DNA of 64,000 nt from an uncultured Chloroflexia bacterium (GCA_963765765.1 CAVXYC010000023.1:128001-192000); one strand, 5' to 3'. Counted from the first letter of the stretch, positions 8,810 to 18,698 are shown. The notes: generated from the letters alone by a model not told the origin. Translations and numbers: made by a program.

Positions 8810-9633
8810 CTATCGACTGCCTCGGGCGAGCTCGGCCTCGATGGCCTGCATGAATGAGCTCGCACTGAGCGCGCCGACGAGACGCTGACCGTTGAGAAGA
8901 AACGACGGTGTGGCGCTGATGCCGTGGACGCGGGCCGTTGCCAGGTCCTGCTGGATAGCCGAAAGATCGGCGCTAGCCTCCAGGCAGGTCGCGAACGCGA
9001 CCGGCTCGAGTCCTATGGCTGCCGCGAACGACTTGAAATTCGTTGCGCTGAACTGACCGCCGTTCTCGCCGCGCTGGTTCTGGAAGAGATAATCGTGATA
9101 CGGCCAGAACTGCTCCTGCTGACCGGCGCAGCGCGCCGCCTGGGCCGCCTGCCGGGACTCCTGGCCAATCCAGGCGAAGTCATGCCATACGATACGCAGT
9201 TTCCGGTATCGACGTAGGCTGCGATGAGCTGTGGGGCCACCTCACGGGTGAACCGGCCGCAGCCCGTTCACTGGAAGTCGGCGTACTCGTCGAGCACGAT
9301 CGCCGAGGCCGCGGATCCCAGAAAGTAAGGCCCGGGATATACGCCACTGGCCAGCGTGGGCCCCGACAAGCCGGACGCCAGCGGAGACGGCAGGGCCGAT
9401 ACTGTGGGACCAGGTTTGGACGCCACCGGCGTGGTGGGCGCCGCGGTGGGCTCGGTTGCCCGCGCGGTCGGTGACGGAACCGAGACGGTCGCTGTTGGTG
9501 ACGGCGCGCCGGCAGGCGCGCAGGCGGCAGCCATGATGACGATCGCCAGCGCCGACAGCCACGTCGCGGGCGAGGGGCGCGCGCAGACTGTCCAGAGCCG
9601 TCGCTGACAGATTGAAGCACGAACCTGAGACAC
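8810..9633 (-). CDS. DsbA-family lipoprotein, probable selenoprotein (U-T-G-C); frameshift near 9200
   Basis: Lipobox 'MAAAC', Pro/Thr linker, 'LGSAASAIVLDEYADFQ' + TGA 9268-9270 + 'TGCGRFTREVAPQLIAAYVDTG', then shifted 'LRIVWHDFAWIGQES...SATPSFLLNGQRLVGA...ELARGSR*'. Confidence 0.85.
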
Positions 9634-9743
9634 TAAATAAAGCTCCTGCTGACGTAGTCACTGAACGCCGCCCGAGGCCATTCTAGTCGGGACGCACGGG
9701 CACATTGCTAACGAGGGTTACAAGGCACAGGACGTCGCATGTG

Positions 9744-10433
9744 TCAGCCCTCCGTTCCGACATCGTCGGGCACCAGTCCGCGGCGTACGGCAAAGATCGC
9801 GGCCTGCGTTCGATCCCGCAGACCTGTCTTGGCAAGGATCACTGAGATGTAATTCCGAACCGTGCCCTCGGAGATCATGAGATGGGCGGCGATCTCTCGA
9901 TTGCTGGCGCCACGTCCTAGGAGCGCTAGGACTTCGAGCTCACGGGGGGTGAGTGATTCGCCGCTACCGAGGGCAAGAGGCTCAGTGGTCGCAACGCGGC
10001 CGGCGTGGCGCGCTCGCAGATGGTGCAGGAGCTTCCGCGCGACGGTGGGCTGCAGTGGTGACTCGCCCCGGGCGACCGTCCGGATCGCCTCGGCCAAAGC
10101 GTCCGATCCGATATCTTTGAGAAGGTAGCCGGCAGCCCCTGCTTCAATGGCCTGGAGAACGAGCTCGTCATCGTCAAACGTCGTCAGGACGAGAATCTGC
10201 GCTGACCCTCGGTGGCCGAGGACTGCCTTGGTTGCTGCGATGCCGTCGCGTCGGGGCATGCGCAGGTCCATGAGCACGATGTCCGGTTCATGGTCCCGCA
10301 CCACCCGCTCCGCCTCCAGACCATCCGCCGCCTCGCCGATGACATCGATGTCGGCGTGCAGCTCCAGAAGAGTCCGCAGCCCTTCCCGCATCAGGCTCTG
10401 ATCATCCACGATGACGACGCGAATCGGCTTCAT
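9744..10433 (-). CDS. NarL/LuxR-family response regulator
   Basis: 'VVIVDDQ', 'DIVLMDLRMP', C-terminal HTH 'LTPRELEVL...SNREIA'. Confidence 0.95.
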   Translation of the reverse strand: MKPIRVVIVDDQSLMREGLRTLLELHADIDVIGEAADGLEAERVVRDHEPDIVLMDLRMPRRDGIAATKAVLGHRGSAQILVLTTFDDDELVLQAIEAGAAGYLLKDIGSDALAEAIRTVARGESPLQPTVARKLLHHLRARHAGRVATTEPLALGSGESLTPRELEVLALLGRGASNREIAAHLMISEGTVRNYISVILAKTGLRDRTQAAIFAVRRGLVPDDVGTEG

Positions 10434-10454
10434 CCGGCGTGCATGCGCCGTTCG

Positions 10455-11594
10455 TCAGGCTGCCGCACGTGCCGCGCTCCCAATTGGAATCTCGGCCCGG
10501 AGTTCCCCACCGCCTCCGTCCGCCGTACCAAAGCTTAGTTGGCCGCCGCAAAGCTCAACGCGTTCACGCAACCCGGTAAGTCCGAAGCCTTGCCTAGGTC
10601 CGGAGCCGGCCATCGTCGGCCCTGGCCCATCGTCGCGCACATACACGGAGACCAATGTGCTAGAGCCCTCGAGAGCCACGACCACCTGGCGAACATGAGT
10701 GGCATGCTTCTGCACATTCGTGAGCCCTTCCTGGGCAACTCGATAGAGCGCCTGGGCAACGTCGGACGGAACGTGTTGATCCGGTGGGAGTGAAATCCGC
10801 AGCTCCACCTCGATCGTCGTCGCATCCGAGAAGTCTCTGGTGAGCTTCTCTAGCGCGTGAGCCAGGCTTAGCTCCTCGAGGGTCGCTGCTCTTAGAGCGC
10901 CAACGGATCGACGCACGTCCTGGAGCGAGTCTAGTGTGAGACGGCGCGCCAGGCGCACCGCGGCCAGAGCCCGCTCCTGCTGGGTGGCCGCGAGCTTTTC
11001 GGCCGCCTCGAGCTGCACATTGATGACGGTTAGATAGTGGGCCAGTGAGTCGTGAATCTCACGTGCCATGCGGTTCCGCTCTTGTGCAACCGCGGCCAAG
11101 CGGGCGCGCTCGCTAAGGTCCTGAAGTTGTTGGTGCGCCTTGGACAGTTCGTCGTAAAGCGCCTGTAGGCGGTGCCGGCTGGACGCCTGTCGCAGGACGG
11201 CGAGCGTCAGCACGATCGTGAGCAGATAAAGCGGCAGGACGAAGGAGACGTAACCCGGCAGCTCCGCCAGGCGGTCGGGCCAGGCATACTGCAGCAGGTT
11301 CACGCCGTAAGCCGCCCATACCAGCAGGCTCAGGAGCACGCCGGGCCGCTCCTCGAAGAGCAGCAGCGCTCGACTGGCCGGGACGAGGTAAATCAACGTC
11401 GGCCGAATAAGGGTCCCGTGCGCGCGCACAATCAGGTACCCGATTACGAGCTCCAGCAACAGGCAGCCGATACGCTTCCAATAGGGCGCCTCGGTGCCTG
11501 GCGCTCGGAGCTCGACCAGCGCCATCAACCCCGCCAGGGACGTAAACGTGACGACATACTCTGGTGTCAGGCCGTCCCGCGGTGGTGACAGCAT
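10455..11594 (-). CDS. Membrane sensor histidine kinase (HisKA_3, DesK/NarX-like)
   Basis: TM N-terminus, 'ERNRMAREIHDSLAH', 'QEGLTNVQKHA', 'GFGLTGLRERV'. Confidence 0.95.
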   Translation of the reverse strand: MLSPPRDGLTPEYVVTFTSLAGLMALVELRAPGTEAPYWKRIGCLLLELVIGYLIVRAHGTLIRPTLIYLVPASRALLLFEERPGVLLSLLVWAAYGVNLLQYAWPDRLAELPGYVSFVLPLYLLTIVLTLAVLRQASSRHRLQALYDELSKAHQQLQDLSERARLAAVAQERNRMAREIHDSLAHYLTVINVQLEAAEKLAATQQERALAAVRLARRLTLDSLQDVRRSVGALRAATLEELSLAHALEKLTRDFSDATTIEVELRISLPPDQHVPSDVAQALYRVAQEGLTNVQKHATHVRQVVVALEGSSTLVSVYVRDDGPGPTMAGSGPRQGFGLTGLRERVELCGGQLSFGTADGGGGELRAEIPIGSAARAAA

Positions 11595-11664
11595 GCCCAG
11601 GACCCAGACCCCCAGTGGGAGCGCGAGGCCGGCCAGGCGCAGGAGGCGAATATCTTCCGTTGAG

Positions 11665-12545
11665 CTACTCCACGATCAAGCGTGCCTTCATATTCTGGTG
11701 GAGCGTGCAAAGGTATTCAAATGTGCCCGGCTCCGAGAACGTTACGCTGAACGTCGAGCCTGGGCCCATGCGGCCGGAATCAAAGCCCTTGTCAGTCCCT
11801 GTCACCGTGTGCGCCAGCGGGTCATCGTTCGTCCATGTTACCGTGGACCCCACCCGGACCGCGGCGGTCGCGGGGAGAAACGAGTAGCTCTGAATCCCCA
11901 GGCGCCCGAGCGCTGCTGCCCCGAGCGTGTCGGTTGGCACCGCGCCGCTCGCCCCACTGAAGTAGAGGTTGGCGCGCATCACCCAGTCCCGGGTCGCGCC
12001 AGCGTCCTGATGGCAGAGCGCGCACGCGTGGCTGTCCTGAGGTGGCGTGGCATATGTGCGATCGGGCCGGAAGGCCACCCACTCCCACTCACCCGCGCGC
12101 GCGACCTGGTAGGCCTCTCCAAAACCGGGCTCCTTGCGCTCTACAAATATTCCCGTGAGCTGCTCCTTCTGGAAGCGACGTCGACATCGAGCTCCGGGTT
12201 GCCGTTCGCATCGAGCTTGGCGCGCCACGTCTCCATGACCATGATTGAGCCATAGGGAAATACCTGATTGGGTGGCGCGGAAGGATTTCCCGCCGCGGCC
12301 TCCGCGTTGCCGTAAATTACCCGGACCTGGCGATTGTCCGGTCGATCGAAGACGTAGAGTTGGGGCCATTGTTCATAGCCCTCGGGGAAACCCACGCGGT
12401 CCTCGCTTGGTGCTGGTTTGGGCTGTGCGGCGGTCTGGGCGTGGGCGTCCGATGGTGTCGAATTGAGCCGGGCCAGCTCGATTGGAACGAGTACGACGCT
12501 TGCGAGGACGGAGATCAGCGTGATCCTGAGCACGGAGACGTTCAT
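11665..12545 (-). CDS. Secreted cytochrome P460/c'-beta-family heme c domain fused to a cupredoxin domain; frameshift near 12180
   Basis: Signal peptide; 'VGFPEGYEQW', 'FPYGSIMVME', 'GEWEWVAF', heme motif 'CALCH'; C-terminal 'HTVT...YLCTLHQNM' type-1 Cu ligands. Confidence 0.75.
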
Positions 12546-12636
12546 ATCGCAGGTCCTCTTCTCAGTACTGCCGCCAGAGTAGACCTGTGAGGCGGCTGCT
12601 TCCAGTGGCCCGCGTCATGTTTCAAGTGAAGATTCT

Positions 12637-12650
12637 GTGACATTTGTCAT
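12637..12650. promoter_or_regulatory. Putative response-regulator operator (TGACA..TGTCA palindrome)
   Basis: gtgacatttgtcat lies about 90 nt upstream of the cytochrome-cupredoxin/HK/RR genes. Confidence 0.4.
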
Positions 12651-13021
12651 ATTCAGGACCGGTGGCCTAGCCGCGTAAGCCCAGAACGCTTGCAATAGCT
12701 AGGGGCGTTTGTTCAGGCCTCGCGCCTCCGAGCCTCGAATTGTGTGTGGGCTCCGAACTGATGCTCGACCCCGTGACCTGTTTCGTACGTTCCGCAATTG
12801 GCCAGTTCTCTCCTCGTCGCGGTCCCGCCAATTGGAAAATGCTCGGGGAAGCGACGCACTTGGTGTCTTCGGCTCGGTGGTTGATACGGTCAGTGTCCAA
12901 AGAGTCAGCGCGGCGACAGACTAGACGGCACGAGTCAACTGTGGCATAAGTTTCCGTAACAACACGTTGCCGCGGGCGAATTCAGCGATTCGGCGGCTCA
13001 GCTCGAGGAGGAGACTGGTCC

Positions 13022-14095
13022 ATGCCAACGATTGACTCAGATGCTCATGTGGTGGAGAGCATCCATACATGGGAGCACATGGACCCGTCTGAGCGGGAGT
13101 TCATGCCTCAGCTTGTGCGTCCGTCCGGCGATGGCAAGCGCGAGTACTGGATGATCGACGGGAAGCTTCGCGGTCTGGCTCGACAAGTCATCAATACTGA
13201 GCAGTTTCAGGAGCTGTCAGAGCGTGCCGGGCGGAGAATGGATACTCCGCAGGAAACGCGCGAAATGGAGAACATCCCCGCTCGACTCAAGCATATGGAC
13301 GAGCTGGGAGTGGATATTCAGGTGCTCTACCCCACCGTCTTCATCGAGCACGTGGCCGATCGACCAGAGGTCGAGATCGCTCTGTGCAAGAGCTACAACC
13401 GCTGGATGGCGGACATCTGGGAGCAGGGCAAAGGTCGTCTTCGCTGGGTGACGCCCTTACCGCTTCAGACCATCGACGAGGCGGTGGCGCAGCTCAAGTT
13501 TGCTCACGAGCACGGTGCTTGTGCTGTCTTCATGCGCGGCATTGAGGGCCAGCGCCTGACCCACGATCCGTACTTCGACCCGGTGTTCCATGCGGCCAGC
13601 GAGCGGAACATGGCCATTGGAGTTCACATCGCCAACTCTAATCCGTACATGTGTGACGTACTTTCTCAGCGCAACGGTGGCGGCGCCTTCTGGAAATTCC
13701 GGCTTTCGAATGTTGGATCATTTCATTCGCTCATCATGAATGGACTGCCACAGCGCTTTCCCAACCTCCGAGTCGTTTACGCCGAGGCGGCCGCGCAGTG
13801 GGTCCCGTTCGTACTCAAGGACCTAAAACGGCGTTGGGCTGCTCAGGGCAAAGAGTTTCCGGCCGATGCCATGCATCAGTTCGGCCTTTATGTCACATTC
13901 CAGAACGATGACGATATCGACTACCTGATCAAGTACGTGGGCGAGGACAACGGCCTGATTGGCACCGACTACGGCCACAACGATCAGTCAACAGAGATCG
14001 AGGCCATCCGCAACCTACGCACCAGCGGCATTCTGAACGAAGAGCAATATCGGAAGATTACCTGGGACAATCCGAAGGCGCTGTACGGGCTGTAG
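13022..14095 (+). CDS. Amidohydrolase_2-family protein
   Basis: 'IDSDAHVVE', 'MDELGVDIQVLYPT', 'GTDYGHND'; RBS GAGGAGG. Confidence 0.9.
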   Translation: MPTIDSDAHVVESIHTWEHMDPSEREFMPQLVRPSGDGKREYWMIDGKLRGLARQVINTEQFQELSERAGRRMDTPQETREMENIPARLKHMDELGVDIQVLYPTVFIEHVADRPEVEIALCKSYNRWMADIWEQGKGRLRWVTPLPLQTIDEAVAQLKFAHEHGACAVFMRGIEGQRLTHDPYFDPVFHAASERNMAIGVHIANSNPYMCDVLSQRNGGGAFWKFRLSNVGSFHSLIMNGLPQRFPNLRVVYAEAAAQWVPFVLKDLKRRWAAQGKEFPADAMHQFGLYVTFQNDDDIDYLIKYVGEDNGLIGTDYGHNDQSTEIEAIRNLRTSGILNEEQYRKITWDNPKALYGL

Positions 14096-14152
14096 CTGCG
14101 ACGAACGACGGCGCACCGCAGGCAAACGCTTCCTATAGCTACCGATAATCTA

Positions 14153-15356
14153 TTGATAACTGAGACTTTCCTCGAGACGGATGAGGTCGTCCGCCATCCC
14201 TCGTCTCTCTCTCGCGACATACAGCCGCGCGCCGTTGCTGGCATCGCAGCAATCCTTGCTGTGGCGTTCCTGACTGCGGTCCTTGCGCCGCAGCACTTCG
14301 ATCTATCCGCGCTGGTGAATGCCGGCACATCGCTCAGTGACTCCGTGTCGGTTCCGCCCAGCCTGACAACTATTCGTCAGGGGAACGGGTATGACGGTCA
14401 GTTTTCATATCGACTGGCGCTGGATCCCTTTACGGCAGAGCGCGCGGCGGAGGGCATGTCTCTCGATCTGCCAGCATACCGCCAGCAGCGGATTCTGTAT
14501 CCAGCCATCGCGTGGGTACTATCGCTCGGTCGATCGACGCTTCTTCCAGCAATTCTCGCGCTGATCAATGTGGCAGCGTTCGCGACGCTGGCCTGGCTGG
14601 GTGCGCACTACGCACGGCTCCATGGACGTCGAGCCCTCTGGGGGCTTGCGATCGCAGCCTTCCCCGCGTCCATCATTGCGCTGGCCAATGACCTTGGCGA
14701 GATTCTGCTCACGGTCTGCCTGGTGACGGCGGCTATCGCAATGGAGCGAAGTAAGCCGGTGGCCACCACCCTGGCACTAAGCCTTGGCCGTTCTCTCGCA
14801 CGAGCATGGAATCCTGCTCGTGCTCGCCGTGGCGCTCGTGACCGCCTGTGCGCCAGAGCTGCGTAGCCGAGGATGGTGGTTGACGTGGCTCATTCCTCTT
14901 GGCTTGTTCGTCGTCTGGCAGATCCATCTCACGACCCTGTGGAGCGAAACTCCGATTCGCGTATCGATCGGATTCTTGAGCGGTCCATTCCGTGGCATTG
15001 TGTCGGTCGCACTTCACCTTATTACGTCGGATACCACAACTGACATCCTTCAGCTCGCAGGCTTTGCTTTTGCGCTGGCGCTTCCCGCGGCATGTCTCTG
15101 GGCGCTGCGCACCACGGGTTCCCACCGCGCCATTTGCATGGGCTGGGTTTTTGCCACCGCGCTGCTCTTTCTCGGCACGGGGATTGTTTGGGAAGCGGAG
15201 CTCTCGTTCTGGCGGGCGGCGGCAGCGCCGCTAACGCTTGGTGCGCTGGTCTTGCTTGGGTCACGCACGTGGATGGCGCCGGTGACGCTTCTCGCTGGCT
15301 GTGCGTTTGGCATCGTTACGGCGACGCGAATTGTATGGACCGTCTGGCACGGATAG
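14153..15356 (+). CDS. Polytopic membrane protein, GT-C-like cell-surface glycopolymer family; frameshift near 14785
   Basis: 'GYDGQFSYRLALDPF...YRQQRILYP' N-terminal motif followed by many TM segments across ORFs 14153..14866 and 14784..15356. Confidence 0.6.
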
Positions 15357-15470
15357 GGCGGTGCCCTATGCATGTGCCGCCCAATACGTTTGAGTCGGAC
15401 GCGCTAGCCTGGCCCGCCAAATGGCCGACTATACTGGCGATATAGAGCCGGACGGGGGTTCCGACGTACC

Positions 15471-15974
15471 GTGCATCGTCATTTGCTTACGCTCTGCAGC
15501 CTGCTCGCGCTCGCGTGTAGCGTATGGCCCTTGCCCGCTCACGCCCAGGCGAGCATTCCCGAAGCCTGCGTCGATGTTCTGGCCACTGAAGAGAATCGAT
15601 GGGATGGAATACCCATGGATGTCTTCGTATGGGACGGCGCCGCGATCAACCTAGGCGAGATTGACGTCAATCCAATCTCTCTCTGTCGCGCTTCTGGACC
15701 GCTTGAGATCTTGCCCCCCTCTCAGCTCATTGGCTGCGTTCTCGTTGGGGTGACCCCGGCGCGGGTGGGCGATGATCTCGCATGCGGCGCTTATCGGGAG
15801 ATTCGCCTGCTGGACGATGGCTCACTCTTGTGGATTGCTCGCAGCAGTGCCGCCTCAAATGAGGTCATGGTTCTCCCGTGGGACGGCGTGCGTTTCTTCC
15901 GTGGATCCACATACACCGCGTGCTGGGATGACCCACTGACTCCTATCGTCGATCCCATCGATTGCGGACGATAG
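15471..15974 (+). CDS. Secreted hypothetical protein
   Basis: Signal-peptide-like N-terminus ending 'AHA'; several Cys. Confidence 0.5.
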   Translation: MHRHLLTLCSLLALACSVWPLPAHAQASIPEACVDVLATEENRWDGIPMDVFVWDGAAINLGEIDVNPISLCRASGPLEILPPSQLIGCVLVGVTPARVGDDLACGAYREIRLLDDGSLLWIARSSAASNEVMVLPWDGVRFFRGSTYTACWDDPLTPIVDPIDCGR

Positions 15975-16060
15975 TGCTGTAGCATCTCGAGTCATCGCTC
16001 TTGAGTGGGCGGGTGACGCGCACAACAATTGGTTCAACGCAGCTACGTGAGGAGCCGCTC

Positions 16061-17098
16061 ATGCACATTGGCATCGGCCTGGACCAGCGCCTTCGGTTGT
16101 CGTTCGATGAACAGAAGACACTCGTCGCGGAGGCGACGCGCCTGGGTTATCAGTCGGCCTGGACGCCACACAACGTCACACAGGACGGTTTCCAGATATG
16201 CAGTCACTGGTGGCGTACGAGCGACGAGATCAGTCCAGGCGGAATCGGTACTGGTATCTCCGTGGTGCCGGTGCCAGGCTGGTCGCCCGTCAATCTCGCC
16301 GTCGCGGCCGGGACGGTGGCAGAGCACAGCGGCGGGAAGTTCATTCTTGGCGTGGGTTCCGGATCGATCTACGACGAGAATGCTCGGCGTCAGAACAACT
16401 GGCCGGCGCTCAAGCCGATTGGCATGATGCGCGAGTATCTCACGGCCTTGCGCACGCTTCTGGATGGCCAGCCCTTGAATCACGAAGGCACGGCGTTCAC
16501 AGTGCGCGGTGCTTCGCTGTCGTTCAAGCCGCCGCGCGTGCCGATCTACCTGGGGGCACTTGGCCCACAAATGGTGCGCCTGGCGGGTGAGCTTGCGGAT
16601 GGCGTAGCGTTGAATTGGTCATCGGCGGATCAAATCGCCTGGAGTCGCGAGCAGGTTGCAGAGGGCGCGCGCCGGGCCGGTCGAGATCCCGCGCAGGTGA
16701 ACATCATGCAGTACATCCGCATCTGCGTTGACGAGGACGAAGACGTGGCGCGCAGGGCGTACACAAAGGCGACACTGGGCTATGCGATGGCTCGCCCGGG
16801 TGCTTCGCTGGAGCACGGATATCGCGGGCACTTCGGCCGAATGGGCTTCGAAGATTCACTGCGAGAGCTTGAAGCGATGCGCGATCGTGGTGAGTCAGAA
16901 GACGCGATCATCGAAGCGTTCCCCCGAGACCTGCTACTTAAGGTGGGCTACTACGGAACGCCCACTGGTGCGAAGGCCGCGTTCACCCGCATTGCCGAGG
17001 GACTCGACACCGCCGTGGTGCGCGTCGTAGCCGCGCGGCCGGGCGTCGACTCAGTGGCCGCGGTAATGAAGGCGTGTGCGCCAGGGGCGAGTAAGTAG
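16061..17098 (+). CDS. LLM-class flavin/F420-dependent oxidoreductase
   Basis: 'GKFILGVGSG', 'PIYLGALGPQMVRLAGELADG'; RBS GAGGAG. Confidence 0.9.
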   Translation: MHIGIGLDQRLRLSFDEQKTLVAEATRLGYQSAWTPHNVTQDGFQICSHWWRTSDEISPGGIGTGISVVPVPGWSPVNLAVAAGTVAEHSGGKFILGVGSGSIYDENARRQNNWPALKPIGMMREYLTALRTLLDGQPLNHEGTAFTVRGASLSFKPPRVPIYLGALGPQMVRLAGELADGVALNWSSADQIAWSREQVAEGARRAGRDPAQVNIMQYIRICVDEDEDVARRAYTKATLGYAMARPGASLEHGYRGHFGRMGFEDSLRELEAMRDRGESEDAIIEAFPRDLLLKVGYYGTPTGAKAAFTRIAEGLDTAVVRVVAARPGVDSVAAVMKACAPGASK

Positions 17099-17118
17099 AT
17101 CTCGTCCTGGAAGACCTT

Positions 17119-17225
17119 GCGAGACCCCACCCCAGCCCTCCCCGCGCGGCAGGGAGGGAGCATGTCTGTTATTATTGGTCCGGCTCCCTCCCTGCCGCGC
17201 GGGGAGGGCTGGGGTGGGGTCTCGC
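17119..17225. repeat. REP-like palindromic doublet, family A (CCCCACCCCAGCCCTCCCC...GGGAGGGAG), copy 1
   Basis: About 43-nt inverted arms around a short spacer, between convergent genes. Confidence 0.9.
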
Positions 17226-17240
17226 CGTACGGGTGCCGGA

Positions 17241-17794
17241 TCACCGAAACGCGTAGATAAAGTCCACTGGCGCGCCGGCCACTTTGATCCAGCGGGTATC
17301 GATCTGGCCGCGCTTCCAGTTCTTATCTCGAACATACACCCAGCCGTTGGTGTATTCCTCCACCCAGGCTACGTGGCCGAGCGACGGGAGGGTTGTCTTG
17401 TAGACGACCCCGTCATTGCGCTTGATCTCGTACTTGTAGCCTGGTGGCGATTGCATGACCAGAACGGAATTCACTTCGGGCTTCTTGCCCACGGTCCACC
17501 CAGCGGCGCGCGCCTCCGCGGTCCATTTGTAGGCACTGCCGCGCACCTTCATCCAGAGGCCCGTCGCCTCGTACATCCTATCGAGGGCATATGCGGTGCA
17601 ATACGCACCATACCGGCAGCGCGAAAGACGTTTTGACCCCACGTCCGCCGCAATGGCCGCAGTCGAGCGGCGGCCGTCTCAGGGGCCGTCGTCTTCGTAT
17701 CTGCCGTGGCATACGCCGTTTCGCTAATCAGTGGTGTGAGCGCGCATGCTCCCACCATTTGCGCAAACGACTTCAAAAATTTTCTCTTGTCCAA
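17241..17794 (-). CDS. Exported CHAP-domain peptidoglycan hydrolase with Tat-like signal; frameshift near 17620
   Basis: 'KRKFLK' + hydrophobic segment + 'AYA'; 'YCTAYA', 'GSAYKW', 'GHVAWVE' CHAP Cys/His dyad. Confidence 0.7.
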
Positions 17795-17993
17795 CCTCGA
17801 TCTCCATCTCCTCGCCCGGGAGAGCATGCTGCACTTTAACTTGCAAAACGCCAGAAATGGAGGAGGTGATCCAGCCCATCAGGGTAGTTTCTGTAGGCCC
17901 TTGTCCGATCAGATTCCAAGTCATTGACACGGGGAGGAAGCGTCATTAGCATCCCCGTTTAGGTCAGTCAGATGTACTAACGCGGAGGCGCGG

Positions 17994-18404
17994 ATGAACA
18001 AGTATGTGGTTCACTTCAACGAGGGAGTGAAAGGCAAGCTGCCCGTTCCGGGCGGCGGAGGCGATTTCTGCATTCTCATCGACAAGCAGATGAGTGGCGC
18101 TGAGCATTTCTCGCTCCTGGTCAACTCGTTCCAGCCCGGCTACGTGGGACCGATGCACCAGCATGAGGTCGAGCACGCCTGGTACATCCTGAGCGGTCAG
18201 GGCACCATCACGATCGGTGACGAAACCTGGGATATCGGCCCTGATATGGCGATCTTTGCGCCCATCGGCGTGCCGCACCAGGTTGCGTGCACTGGCAATG
18301 AGCCCATGCGCTACGTGGTGGTTTACGCGCCTGCAGGACCGGAGCAGGATCTACGGGAGCGTGGAGATCAGGCCTTCAGCGGTTATGGAGAGAAGAAAAC
18401 TTAG
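17994..18404 (+). CDS. Cupin-domain protein
   Basis: 'MHQHEVEHAWYILSGQG', 'PIGVPHQ'. Confidence 0.9.
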   Translation: MNKYVVHFNEGVKGKLPVPGGGGDFCILIDKQMSGAEHFSLLVNSFQPGYVGPMHQHEVEHAWYILSGQGTITIGDETWDIGPDMAIFAPIGVPHQVACTGNEPMRYVVVYAPAGPEQDLRERGDQAFSGYGEKKT

Positions 18405-18431
18405 AGGCTCAGCGACTTATGTATTTGGGCG

Positions 18432-18698
18432 TCAGGATGGGTTGAGCCAGGGATCCGCGCCGGGGTCCCTGCCTTCGCCAGCCACGACGAGCCGTTCCAG
18501 GTAATGCTCCCAGCCAATTGCGTGCTGCTCAGCAGCCTCAGCGGGCAGCCCACGGTGCGTTAGTCGCACGAGCGTGCTCTTGCCCTCAGCGATAAGATCC
18601 ACCTCCACGCGGGTTGAGCCGGGCGGAATGAATACGAGCTCCGGCGGCGCCGAAATTCGCACTTCGCGAACCACAGCGTCTTGCTGCTCAGTGGTCAT
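18432..18698 (-). CDS. Short SRPBCC/AHSA1-like protein, apparently with an internal deletion
   Basis: 'VVREVRISAPPELVF' joins directly to 'IPPGSTRVEVDL...LTHRGL...GWEHYLERL'. Confidence 0.6.
   Translation of the reverse strand: MTTEQQDAVVREVRISAPPELVFIPPGSTRVEVDLIAEGKSTLVRLTHRGLPAEAAEQHAIGWEHYLERLVVAGEGRDPGADPWLNPS

Noticed and set aside
790-9633. In-frame TGAs as evidence of genome-wide UGA=Trp/Gly recoding
   Set aside because: TGA is a normal stop for leuA, leuD, leuB and others here, TGG encodes Trp throughout, and the read-through TGAs occur only at redox Cys positions
790-9633. The five TGA-split genes as pseudogenes or sequencing errors
   Set aside because: The other defects in the window are indels at arbitrary places; five independent substitutions all at catalytic Cys codons, each followed by a hairpin, is implausible
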